NCBI GenBank assembly: GCA_964247055.1
Contig: OZ176051.1
Coordinates: forward strand, 12,090,001-12,154,000
Origin: Paragordius varius
Lineage: Eukaryota; Animalia; Nematomorpha
Length of the DNA stretch: 64,000 nucleotides
Direction: 5' to 3'
Below the pieces are notes generated by a model. The model searched no databases and was not told the origin of the DNA. It was given only the letters and a program-made list of their open reading frames with translations. Below, in pieces: positions 1 to 13,700 of this stretch (its first letter is position 1; every line of letters begins with the position of its first letter). Both the position numbers and the translations under genes were made by a program.

Positions 1-170
1 ACTTTAAGTAAGTCCTTGAACATTTCAAGTTGGTCCCTAAACACTTTAAGGTCCTTTGACTTTTTTGTTTTGATTTTAACTTATCAACATATCGTATTAT
101 GGATTAGGTTGAATCAGTATGTTTTAGAATGATATGATGTAATATCAGCAAAATTAATAATGAATTTATT
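1..170. mobile_element. Partial foldback-type element (family F2, 21-bp subterminal repeats), cut by the window start
   Basis: 1-110 (…gtccttgaacatttcaagttggtccc…ggtcctttgacttttttgttt) is the reverse complement of the repeat arm of the element at 47066-47391. The inner boundary is approximate. Confidence 0.55.
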
Positions 171-512
171 AATGAATTTTCGTTAGATTCCTCTAACTTC
201 TTCGGATTAACACAAAAATGAAATTAAAATAAAGATACAAATTAAAATTATAAAATATTCATAAATATAAAGAAGTATATCTATTTATAAATCCGTTATT
301 TGGTTGATATGATTGATTTCTTTTTGTCGGTTTATGTTAACGTAATATTTTAACTTTTTGGAGATAAACATTTTTGTCAATACGTATTATCATAAATGTT
401 GGTGCATTGAGACTTTTTCATGAATTAAAGTTTTTTTGTTTATAAAAAAACGATTAGAATAATTGTGAAAATGAGTGTCCAACCATTTGTCCCGTAAGAA
501 AATCATTCGCAG

Positions 513-3500
513 ATTTGAATTCCAACAATTATAATAATATGAATAATTCAGAAGCAGTAAGGATGTGTAACCCAATTTCAGGTGAATGTATGTGCCCCGA
601 AGGTTGGACCGGTCCGCCCCAATGTGATATGCGATGTCCGCTTGAAGCTTTGACCCTATATCACCCTTCTGAGACAGGATTAAAGTTTTTGAAAATAGAT
701 TAATTCCCTTCTTTGAAAAAAATATTTTTGAATAACCCTTACCAAATTTAGATTTTAATATAAAATATTGGAAATTCTGTGGTATAATGGTTTATTTGAT
801 AAAACAAAAAAATGACAGTAATATGCGAAACTCTGTTGATTGTTATATGCTTGTTATCACTCAAAAACTATTTGACTAATTAACGTTTTTGATTCTAATT
901 ATATATACTACGTCCAAAATTGAAGCACAGACCCCTAGGGTTTATTATAGGTGGAGTTTCATGACAATTTTTAATAATTGAATAGCCAAATGTTAATTGT
1001 TACACTATATCTCATATTACAATCTCTATAATACTTTCTTAACCTCGTTTTTTCCTTTTTGATTTTAATAATTAAAAATAACAGCGTTTTATGATATACA
1101 GTATGATTAAGTATATATTGTTGCCAAATAGCATATACAACAAAGGTCGTTATTATTGGCTTATAGTTATTTGTATCACTTTTTACTATTATTAGCCAAT
1201 AATAATTCTTTTTGCTGCATATGCTTTTTGGCAATAATTAATAACTTTGTAGCAATATATATACTCAATCATACTGTATACATCTATATGTTAGAGTTCA
1301 GCATTCTGCCGAATTTGTAACGAATGTTACAAAGAAACCCCAAACTCAATTGTATTATTACCGTACTTCCAGCGGTCTCAATTGTGGTCTTCAGTGCAGG
1401 TGTGGCCCTTCCTATTTACATAATCCTGAAACTAGACCTCACTATGCTACCAAATACAATATTAATAGTAGTGTGACAAATAATTTTACGGCTCTTTTGC
1501 TTGATTATGCCCGATTTAAGCATTGGTTTTGGAACCCCAATAAACGGCCGAGAACCATGCCAATTATATTTGAATGCACGGTTGAAGATGGACGTTGTGT
1601 ATGTCCACCCGGTAGGATATATATAATGCAAAATATTTTATGTCAAAATCCCATAGGGGTTTTAGTTAATAAAAGTGATTTGACGCTAAACATATTTTAA
1701 TTACTTGAATTAAGTGTTTGTTTTAAATTATTTTATATTAACTTTTATGTTCTTAATTTTTTACATAGATAAATTATTTGGTTTTTATTTTGTAATATCA
1801 TGTTACATTTTAAGACAATTAATTTTTTTACCAAAAAAAGAACTTTATTTTAAATTACCGCTATCATTGGTCGACAAAAAAATCCAAAATCACATTCTAC
1901 TACGAATTATTTATGAATTTTTTTTATTCCATCCCATAAAACATGGCTAAATTTTTTGTTACCCTTACAAAATGTAAAAGTAAAAATTAAATAGTTTTTT
2001 TAACCATTTATAGGGTAAATTGTAGGGCATAAAAATTACTACAAAAATCAAAAAATGACGCAAAAAATTCCTCAATTCAAACATAATTTTTATATTATAA
2101 CTCAATAGGTTTTACCGGTCCATATTGTGAACGCTTATGTCCCGTGGGTACTTTTGGACCAGCCTGCATCCATCGATGCAATTGTACGACAAATGAATTA
2201 GATAAAGATTGTCATCCAGTAACTGGGGAATGTCAAATTGATATGAATCAAATCTCTCACAAAGCCTGCAATCAGGCTAATCAAGGACAAAAATGTGTTG
2301 AAAATTTATCAATATCATCATCAGCCATCTGTAAAGTAATATGTTTGAATGTTTAATATTAATTAATAATTATATTGATTAATATTCAAAAAAATAGGTG
2401 AAATTTGTTTTAACATTTAGACATCATAATATAACCTTATAAGTAAGGATATATAATTTTACAGGATAAAAGGGGTTTCTAACACTTTCATATCTCTCAA
2501 TATAATAAAAACAATAAATGTTGACTAATTTTATATTATTATTATTGTTTATAATTAAAGGATGGATTTTGGGGCCTTGATTGCACAAAAAAATGTGACA
2601 TGGATTGCATTAAGTCGGCCAATAATGTCGGTTGTGATAAAATTACAGGTAAATGCGTTTGCCGACCCGGTTTTTATGGTAAAAAGTGTCACCAAATATG
2701 TCGCGTTGGTTGGTATGGCCAAGATTGCGTATTTAAGTGTCCCACTCAAGTACCAACGCCTAATATAACTGCAACCAATTCTTGTTCAAGTCTTTATGGC
2801 TATTTGGATGTCCGTTTATTATCGCCGTTACCCTGTCATCCTGTACATGGTGGTATTTGTGTTTGTGATTATCAACGCCTTATCAAACATAAAATTGATA
2901 ATTTTGGATCAACCAGAAATTACAAATTAAGAAACGATGAATTGGACCTTAGTGATTTAGATGGACAAAATAATGAGCTTGTGTGTGGAGACTCCCTTTT
3001 ATACGGTAATAATTTGGAAGTTTATAAATTCGTATACCTTGGCACTAATCATTGATTACTAATCATGGATATATAATGCTCTTCGAGGCAAATTAAGATA
3101 CAAATTACGATAAATTAATTATTTTGTTTTAACCTGAATGCGTAATAAAAGATTACCTTATATGAGTGCATGAGTTTATTGCAAATCTATTTGTATTATA
3201 GCCAGTTTTTCTGTTATTAGTTTTAATTAAGTTCAAATACAGTCGGTAATATTTAACTAATTAAAAAAATGCGCGAAAAAAGTATTATATATCAATTTAT
3301 ATAGAGTTCACTTTAATAGAGATTTGTTGATAGTTTTATACGAAATATAGGGTAGTTAACTACTTTAAATTATAAAATGAATTTAACACTCCATTACCTT
3401 TTTAGGTGGTTTTATATCCCAGATCAATTTGAGAATGGAATATCTCAAGGTATTTAAGCTATAAGCATATTAAAATCTGCTTTCTTAAGCCTTTTAGGCG

Positions 3501-6414
3501 CATTATACAAAAATTTTTTTAAATGTAATGAAATTCATCATCCCATACTTTTTTGCCGCCATATTTTCCCCATAAATATTTTTAAATCGCTAATGCAACA
3601 GTTAAATAAATGTATATTATGGTTAAAAAATGTAAATAATTAATTTAAAATAGGCTTTCAGGCTACATTTTACCGGAAAAAACTTGATATATTTTGATTG
3701 TAGTATCAGCTGTTCATTTCAATCGTGTTTTGGACATTCCTGTTTTTAGACTCTAGAAGTCACAAAACTCTTAAAATATAAGCTTTTTTATATAATACGT
3801 GAGAGCATTGTTTGATGATTAAATTCAACTAAAATAACACTGTAGTTATTTACAAAATTGAGCTATGGATTATAAAACCACGCCAAAAGGTAAACTAGAT
3901 AAAGTGATAAATGAAGTGTTGATAATACAATAGAATAACCGCAGACGATATGTCTTATCATCATTTAGTTTTTATAGCACTCTCATTACAAAATAAAAAC
4001 CTGATAGTTTACATATATTTAAAAATTATTAATATTCCTCGCACTTATATCTTTCCTATTATCAGATACGCTAGAAAATGTATTTCATTTGATTGCCCAA
4101 GAAATATCCTTATCTAGTGGATCATCGTTGTCTCCTCGATCTCGTGCGACACGAATTATAATTTTAGGAGTTGGAATCGGTTTAGCCTTATTGCTAATAA
4201 TTGCTGTTTCCTTTTTTTGCTTGGTTGTTAAAAGGAGGCACTCATCTTCCTTGTTATTACTCCAAAAAAATGGGAAAAATTATTATGAAACACATCGAAA
4301 AAAAGGTTAATCCTATTTCATATTGGATCAATTCATATCAATTTTAATAATCTTATTTGTATAAGGTTAATGGGATAAAAGTATTTATAATGTTTCATGA
4401 AAACTAGGTTTACAAACGGCCAATTTGTTTGAATAAGCCCGATTTTTAAAATAATTAGGCAGTAATGTAAATCATCCGTTTTGATTATTCTTATGTTTGC
4501 ATTAATGTTTATTAAACTACTGTAATGTCTTGTACAATTCTAGATCCAGCCGCGTACTATGAAATGGAAGAAAATATGTACGGATTACCCAAGAGTCCGT
4601 TGGGGGTCGTTCCGCTTCAAGAACCACAATTTTCCAGGGAACCTTCAATTTTATTAACATCCCCAAATTGTGAGGACTACGTGGATAAAGAAAGAACACC
4701 AATTAAAAAAATGGGAAGTGACAAGAATTTCATTACGAAAAATCACTCATCCGCTCAAGATAAATTGAATAATGGTAGGCTTTTGTTAATTTTTTTTCAT
4801 ACACTTTTAAACATATTTTTTGGCTTTTTTACAAATGGGAAACTTTTTAACTTCTCAAATGATATAGATTTTGACAACCCAAACTATGGAGGAAAAACGC
4901 CCATAGGTACATTGATACATTTAAACAACAGTCATTACAGTATGATTGTCCCCAATCCAGTGAACAAGACATCCAAATTAGGGCTTAAAAATACTAAAAA
5001 TAATTTAAGTAATAGCCAAAATAGAAATGTTGCTTCGTCCAGTAATCTCCTAAACAATTACAATTATGATGACGACGCAAGCAAAAGTAACATGGAGGAC
5101 ACAAAAAATTTTGGACTGACCCTTGATCGAATCAATAATAATGTTAAATTGAGCAATTTAGAGACAGCGGCTAAGATTGAAGCAAAAGAGAACTCGAAAA
5201 AACGAAAAAGTATTTTGTATTACTATAAATTACATTTTGACGCGGAATTATTTATAATTTAAATATTTTGCAGATAAAATAACAAATGAATAATAATACA
5301 ATTTAAAAAGACGTAGTTTTAAAGATCAACCATATTTTAATAATTTCTATAGTTGTAAAAAACCCGGTTTTATGGATAACCATACTTGATGTTTTTACAT
5401 TTTGTCTCTGTAATTTCAAATATTTACTGTAATTTGGTTAATTTCTTTATATATACAGTATGCATTTTAATGGTTGCTTATTTCAGACTATAGTTGGGCA
5501 ATTTGCATCATAATAGTGTATGGAAAAAAGTAATAATTGTTTATTCAACATTTTGTTGTTTTTTGCATACACTACTGTTGTGTTGCAAATTGCCTAACTA
5601 TAAGTGTAAAATAAGCAACCAATAAGATTATATATATATATTTTATACCAGACATCAATTCTCCAAATCATATATTACACCAAGAAGAAAACACGATAGA
5701 GTCAAACGATGACGGCCCAGTTACTTCTTCCACACTTAAAACTACTTTTCAAAATCAAAATGACAGTATTCTCCATGAATTTTTACCCCAAAGTAATGAA
5801 TCAAACAATAGATTTGAAAAAAGTAGTCACAAGGAAAATTTCCAATCGTCTTCCAATAGCCTTGTGGATGCAGATAAAGATCCGTTTTTATTGGCTTTTA
5901 CGCCCCCGAGCAAGGGTGATAATCATATTTTAATCATTTATTTTGTTTTTTAAAGTTTTTACCTTGACTTACCGTTATGTGACCCAGGAAACAAACTAAA
6001 AATTATATTAAAATTTAATAATAAATAATGTAAGCGGTTGTTAGCATATAATTTAACATTCTATTCATTTTGAATATTATAATGTAAAAAATTATAAATT
6101 AAATATTATTTAATTAGTTTTTATTTAGATAATTTGTTGTACTTCTACTGCCTTTTTAACCTTTGGTTTACAAATATTAAAATTAGTTTTTGCCATGTGA
6201 ATTCAATTTACTTTAGTTATATAATAAAAAAATAATATGTAACTATACTACAATCAGTGGGACCCATAATAGTTAATAAAGTTGTTTTTAATTTGTAAAA
6301 TTTATTAACCTTAAAAGCAATAAAATTATATATTTTATAAAACATTTTTCCTAAATTTTAGAGAATACAAATAAGGACTGTCGAAGTAACAATGACAATA
6401 ATCCCATAATTTAG
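513..6414 (+). CDS. MEGF10/MEGF11/Draper/CED-1-like multiple-EGF single-pass receptor, 5' end outside the window
   Basis: Phase-consistent exons: 513-684, 1295-1611, 2109-2335, 2561-3005, 4066-4305, 4544-4774, 4868-5209, 5652-5915, 6362-6414 (TAG). They encode laminin-type EGF repeats (CNPISGECMCPEGWTGP, CDKITGKCVCRPGFYGKKC), a TM helix (IIILGVGIGLALLLIIAVSFFCLVV-KRR) and a cytoplasmic FDNPNY (NPxY) motif. The 684/1295 junction and the last exon are the least certain. Confidence 0.8.
1099..1276. mobile_element. Tc1/mariner-type palindromic MITE (family A, copy 1)
   Basis: TA|CAGTATGATT…AATCATACTG|TA termini with a TA duplication and long internal inverted symmetry. Four more copies occur in the window. 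Confidence 0.8.
3387..3918. mobile_element. piggyBac-like TTAA MITE (family C)
   Basis: TTAA|CACTCCATTACC…AAATGAAGTG|TTGA termini. The interior matches 21576-22050 (reversed) and 22468-22847. Confidence 0.7.
5489..5602. mobile_element. Short palindromic TA-flanked MITE-like inverted repeat
   Basis: tatagttgggcaatttgcatcataatagtgtatggaaaaaa pairs with ttttttgcatacactactgttgtgttgcaaattgcctaactata. It lies in an intron of the EGF receptor gene. Confidence 0.65.
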
Positions 6415-6646
6415 GTGGCAAACCTTTAATCAACTATACTTATTCCTGAGTTTTTAATGTCATTTTTGAGAGATTTTATGTATTATTTTGCATCAAAATT
6501 AATTAAACTATTTAAAATTTTAGCCAATTGTGATCATGTAAAACCTATTTTTATATATATTATTATATTATATGGTTTTTGTACTGAACCAAAATATATT
6601 TTTCGAATACATTTTATATAACGCTAATTATATGGACAAAATTTTT

Positions 6647-6650
<4 letters not shown>

Positions 6651-6692
<42 letters not shown>
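6651..6692. repeat. (AT)n microsatellite
   Basis: Uninterrupted AT dinucleotide run between the two convergent stop codons. Confidence 0.95.
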
Positions 6693-6697
<5 letters not shown>

Positions 6698-6984
6698 ATA
6701 GAGAAACTTTATATAATATCCATTTTCAATTTTTAATAAATTTATAATCAACTATTTGCTGTTTATTTATTTTTACCCTGTTTTTTTGTACCTGTTTTAT
6801 AGCGCGCGTCGATTAAGGATAAATAAAAACTAGGCTTTTCTAAACTCCCCACCATATAACATTTTCTCAAGTCAAATGTGTAATTATTTATTATATTAAA
6901 TTTAATACCTATCCACATAAACTGTAATTATAACCACACAAGACAGCTAGTAAAAACGCATTAAAACATAAAAAATTATATGGA

Positions 6985-9900
6985 TTAAATCATGCATTCA
7001 AGTTCACTACGAATGTAATGATTTTTATCTTCGTTTTCGAAACGGGGGAATGAAGCTACCATTGCATCTTGAGCCCCAATATAAATTGTATTGTAAATTT
7101 TCCAATAAACATCTCTAACCTTGCGAGCCGGATGAAATAATCCCTGCAGAAATATAGTTAAAAATATAAATTTAGGTTAGAAATCAAATATATTTAATAA
7201 CCTATATTTCGTAAAATAACATTTTTATTTATCATAGTTAATATTACCGCTAATATTTATATATTACCAAAAAAAATATTATAAAATAACGAAATAAAAT
7301 TTAAATTAATGCAATCGCTAAAATTATATAATTTGCTTTTCGTACGACTAATAAATATCATTTTAAAAACCTAATTTAAATTATTAACACGGTGCATTTA
7401 ATTTTTTTTCATTAAGTATATATTGCTTTTATAGTGGGGTATATTGTTCATCGAATACCCTAAAAACTTCATTCAAATACTATCACATTTTATGTACGTG
7501 AAAATAAAAAATCAACATAACCCAATAACTTTTCTCATATGTATGAAAACAAAATTTATATAAAAAGAAACCTGTAACGTGTACATAAGCATTCGAGTTG
7601 GACCTAGAGCGACTCTCAGTCCCTCCATGGCTTCATGGACGGCTAAAATAACGTGGGGACTAATCTCAAACGCATTGGGCCAAACGAAATTCATGAGATG
7701 GATAAGGGCATCTTCACAACCGAACCCAACCACGCCCAGGGCTAAATGTTTTATAGCAGCTGCGGCGGTTTGACGATGTACGATATCTCTGTTTAATCAA
7801 TGAATAAAAAATAATAAGTGAACTAATTTATAAGGGGAAACAATATGGTAGTATTTAATTAAGTATAAAAATATATTTTGTTGTAAAAACCAACGCTTTA
7901 CTCCTTTAAATTGATAAACACTAATGATGTGTCATATATAAAATCAATTACCTTACTACAAGGATGTCCGATATACGGCCCTGTGAGATTTAAGAGCGGC
8001 CCGCTAAAATTTAATCCATTTATATATGCTCACAAAAATTATAACTATTGGAAAGAGTCAGAAAAAAATGTTATATTGTGTTTGCATTTTATCTTATATT
8101 ATATTCAATGCGGCACACCACGTTTTTTATGTTAAAAATGCGGCCCGCGAAACCATTTGTGCTGGACATCCCTGCTTTAGTATATAATCATTTAATAGAT
8201 AGTAGTAATTCATTTTATATATATATATATATAATTAGTGTGAAGTAACATGCAATCGAGATTGAAACCGTCAAATAATTTGATTAATCGAAATAATAGG
8301 AAGGACCAATTTTTGAGTAAAATAGTTTACATTATCATATTAATCAAAAATAACCTGTCACTTAAAGCGTCTTCAAGGAGTGGGGTAACAGCATAAATGT
8401 AATCTTTGGCCATTTCTCCAATGTATTCGAATAGGAAAGAAAGTGATTTTAAAACACCGTTTTGTACATTCAACTCAGGTACCCGGTATTCATTCATGAG
8501 AGCTAGGAATATTTACATATATAAAATTAACTTTTCAAAGATTTAGCTATTGGATTCACAAATAAAAAAAATTTGTATTAAAAAAGCATTTAAAACAGAA
8601 AATTGGTATTATTTGTTAACGTTTTTATCTATATACGCAACAAGAATCCCACAATTTTAGAATCTTAAACCCTGGGTAATTTTCATATCCAAATTGAGAG
8701 AAAAACTAAATTTATGATCCTAATTGTGTGGCATTATAATGGATAATACAAAAATTTTAGATGCAAAATTCTTTTTACCTGGAAGGACGGTAAATGGTGA
8801 ACAAGTTTCTGCGACAATAGCAATCGCAACGGTTGTACAAACACGATTTTGTCGTTCTTGGACTTTAAGATTATTGAGTAAAGTTGCTAACACATCGTGT
8901 GGTCTATATATTGTAAATAAATACAAAAGATAAACCATATTTTTTAAAACTTAATTTTTAATCTAACTATCCATTTTTAAGTCATAATTATTGTAACAAC
9001 ATAGAAGGATCAAATAACATAATTTTCTTAATAAAAAAATTTAATATTCCTTCTCTTCCTAATTTATCACAATATTGATTTTACTGTATATGTTAGAAAA
9101 ATTAACATTAATATAAAGAGTCATTAAATAATCTTTTTCTAAAAAAGGAACATAATAGTACCCAATAGCTTTTGCAATATAACCAAAGGTATTGACAGTG
9201 GCGCGTCTGATAGCTTTTTTATGGGCTTTAAGGAGATCCAAAAGTTCAAAACAAATCCGCATCCATTCACGGGCTGAAACGAATTCGCTTCCACGGTCAG
9301 CGATACGGCCAACCAGATCGATACAATTTTCTTGCACTTTTTCATGCCTTTAACATATTAAAAATTATTTAACTATAAGAAAAAAGAAAAGTATTAAGGG
9401 GTAAATATTTAAAAAGAATAATAGTTTTATAATGTCAACTCAATCTATAAAAGCAAGTTTGTTATTTTATTAATTCTAAGCACTAATTTACTAAAACCTT
9501 TATCATGAGAGATATTGACTATATAAAATGACGTACTTTTAAGTTTTTAGTTGAAATTTTAAAACGATTTTTGGGCAAGGGTGTTACCAATATAAACCAT
9601 TTATAAATGTGGTTAATTTACAATAAATACGAAAAAAAAACAATATTAGATCATGAGCAAACCTGTTTTTCAATATGGGTGTAAGTCTAGGCAGTAATTC
9701 TTTGATCGGTGGTGTCATTTTAGTCATACCAATAACGTTAACAATACTCTTGAGAGCTCCAAGGATGCTACCAAGTACCTCAGGATATTCTTCACCAAGG
9801 TATTCGTATAAAACGACCCCCAAATGGCCCATTAACTTTTCCTACATGGTTTAACAAAAATAAGACAGGCTATCGATTGTTTTTTATGTAAAAATGTTTT

Positions 9901-10673
9901 TTTAATTAAGTTTAAAATTACTGTGATAAAAACGTAACGAAATTGTCTAGATAGTTTATTGACTATCTTATAAATAAAAATTAGCAAGAGTTACTATGAC
10001 AAAAAATCGTAAATTTTTATATATATGGAAAATGTCACTTGTTAGCTATTATTTTGGGAAATAAGGTTAAATCACAGTATCAGGGTATATTTAAATACGA
10101 AAAAAGCATTTGCCCATATAATATATATATATATATATATATAATAAATGAATACCTCTTGACACGTTTTCATGACTATGGTTATGCGTGAAATGAGGTC
10201 TGCGGCCTGTTGCCTAACCTTAGCAGATTTATTGTTCAAACGCCAAAGTATGGTACCACAAATTTGGGGTAAATAGGGTTTGACACGTCGACCCAAGCTA
10301 TTAACTACTGCACCAAATCCATTTAACATGACAATATCCTTTGGTTTAATAAATAAATAATATAATTAATTCAATTTTCAAGATTAGTGCAATTTTATAA
10401 ACCTTATTAAGTAATCCCATAAGTTCTTAAAAACATAAAACGAGTGTGGTTCCCAACACCTTTTTTTTGTAAACGCCCCCACCAAATTAAATTTATCATT
10501 CTTGCGCTCCCCTCACAAAAAAATCCAAAATAAAACTGTAAAACACATAAAGAAAAAAAGAGTAAATCATTTTATACTACGACCTAATGTATAAATTTCA
10601 ATTCTGGCTAATAACAGAAAGGCAAAGGCAACCGCATAAATAACACATGAATAAAGCTTAATATTATCAAATG

Positions 10674-10734
<61 letters not shown>

Positions 10735-13700
10735 AACTTTACTTTATCGCAGTTAGTACAAAATATTTTTTTTCATACTTCACTAGTCTGCTCCTGGAAA
10801 GCGTATAAAATGCCATCAATTAATTGTTCCTCTAAGCGAGAATCGATATCGTTTGCACCCAAATTAGTAACGACTTGTTCGATTGTTTCCATAACCATTT
10901 TGCGGAAAGCTTCATTTTCGTCCTTCAGGTCATCCACGACACGCCCTATATATGTGAAAATTTTGATAATTATAAAACCAAAAATGATACGCAAAAAACC
11001 TCAATTAATACAATTTTATACAAATAGAGAAGAATGCTAAATTATATGACTTATGTTGATTATCCGGGGTTAAAACATCCAACAATTTATAAATTAAATG
11101 CTTTCTATTTCAAAGCAATTTTCTAATTTTGAGGATAACAGGGGGCCAAAATATTTATATAGCTATTATAAGGAACACTAGTTATTAAGTATTTATAAGG
11201 CATCATAATAGGCAAAAAATAATATAGCATTTTTATAATTTTCGTACATCAGTAGGACAATTATATAAAAAAATTAAAAGAGTATTAATATAATAAAAAT
11301 TATATTTTTTCCACATGGAGCTTTTCATATTAAACAAAATAATTAAAAACTATAAAAATATTCAAGGTTGATTCAAAAGACTATCACGCACCACAGTTTC
11401 ATAAAAAAATTTCAAACAAAATGACAAAATTCTAAAATATATATGGAAAATACCCAAAATTTCGGCAACGCCAACCTTGTTAGCAATTTCAACCGTCGTA
11501 TCCACCAATTGTCGGTAATTGCGTTTATCGAGAGCCATTCTATGTTGCCAGAAAAATTTGAAGAAAGGCGGCAATATTTCCTCCTTAATGTATTGGGCTT
11601 CAACACCATCCGTTGCGCAACATTGTTTAACAACCTATTCATTTCATTTCATTTTAATTCACATAAATGTATATTGATAAAATATATAAGCCCTTTATGT
11701 TAAGATAGCATTTAGATTGTAAAAATAATCATAAATTCATGTTTGAATAACATATTAAAAGTTTAACAGATGAATTATATAACCAATGAAAATGAAACCA
11801 AAAAATTTTAATATAAAGTCCTAAACTCAAATTTAATCTTTATTCTACCTTAAGCACAATCTTTTTCATTTCCTCGTCGGGGGATTGAAATTCACGGATA
11901 AGAATCAACATAACTTCCCTCGTATAATAATTGGCATATTCAGCATCCATAAGTGGGATAAGGTAACCGATGGCCTTTAGAAAAGCTGCTAAACCCTAAA
12001 TTATGTCAGTAATATAATAGAGAAAAGTTAACAGAAAAACATAGTATCTAAGTGAAAGGCAACAAAAAAAAGTAATAATAAACTCTATATATGTATGAGA
12101 ATATATTTTTTCTAATTTTAATTGATTTAATTTAAATTAGAATATTTTCACAATGGCTTAGATAGTATCATATTAAAATTGATTGATTGATGATTATTAA
12201 TTGGGATAGTTTTATTAAATAAATTTAACCTTATTCATTTAATGCATTATTACAAATACTATATAATATGCCTTAATTTGTGAAAAAACAGGTAGGGTTA
12301 TTGGCTTAGAATAACAAAGTTAAACTTTCTATATTCTGTAAATATGTTATTAACTGGTTTATATATAATAATCATTCATAATGTTGCACCCAAACTTACT
12401 ACAGAATCTCCATTCTTTAAGTTCACAATAATTAATTATAAAACACGATTACATTAAATTACTTATTGAATTCAAATTTAACAATAAAACTCAAACAAAT
12501 GTGTAAATACTTCAATATAGCCACCAACCGCAAAAAAAGGTATGTTAAGTTCTTGGAGATTAGAAAACACTATTTATTAACTCCAAACTCTTATTGTAAT
12601 GAAATAAAGAAATGCAAAAATGAGTTTTAACCTTTCCACGATGTGTCCGAATACCTTTCCAAAGTGGTTTAAGGACTGAATCAAACGATTCAATACCATA
12701 TGGCGTGGCTGCCTCAGCCAAGCCAGCAAGTGAAAGGGCCGTTATAGTACGCACTTTTTGCTGTTCATCCACCAAACCTTAAATATAATAAGGACATCAT
12801 ACAAATAAATATTTTGGAAATAATCGAAATCTTAAAAATCAAAAATTTCTCTAAATTAAACGTTAAATAGTAGGTTTTTTTGTAGGAAATTGCTTAAAAA
12901 TAGTATTTTTAAATATCAAGAGTGCAACATTTTTTATCCATCTAATAAATTTATAATGCCAGAATAAAATTGTTTCTAAAATATTTCATATAATTTTTGA
13001 TAAGTAATCTCTATCAAATGTTAAGTCAAAAAATTCATACCATGTTCAATAATTTCGACCATCGATCGAAGATGGGGTAACACAGCACAGCCCATAAGTA
13101 TGGCTATCTGTTGTACAATTTTAATGCCTGTGTGTCTGGCTTGCCAAGATTTTTTGCTTTTGCACACAGCCTAAAATTATATATTTACTATACAGTCATG
13201 TATCTTTTAATTTATCAAAAATTTATTTTCTTTCGATAAATGGGTTTTGGTAAAGAATAAAACAGGTTCTATGATATTAACATATCCTATCCATCAAAAA
13301 AATATAAGAAACCATAGAGCTCTTGTTTCCTTTACCAAATATATATACCCATTAAAGGAAAAAAAAATGATAAAATAAAGGATACATGACTGTATCTTCC
13401 TTAAATTTATTCAATAACAATTATTAATAAAATGTAAATTCTCATTATAGCAAATTATCAATAAAATTCACAATGTATAAATTTGACAAAGAGGTTTTTG
13501 CCTTTAACAAAATATTATTGGTAAAATAAAACTATTTTAGTATTTAAATTATAAGTTGATGACAGTTCCTTTTTTCATAGATAAGAGCAATTTTGTATCA
13601 AGTGATAAAAAAAATCCATTCGCCTCTGCTCAAGACTGACACATAGAGTAAGGAATAAAAATTCTTTCGCCCAAATAATGGCAATACGAGGGATATATAG

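Noticed and set aside
971-1234. 87-aa minus-strand ORF and similar ORFs at 46085-46291, 30041-30325, 50551-50820, 56021-56242 and 56942-57208
   Set aside because: They overlap MITE or Helitron sequence, have AT-biased composition and contain no recognisable motifs.
3406-3449. Apparent small AG…GT exon (GGFISQINLRMEYLK) in the EGF receptor gene
   Set aside because: It lies inside the family C MITE (3387-3918), and the flanking exons 3005 and 4066 already join in phase without it.
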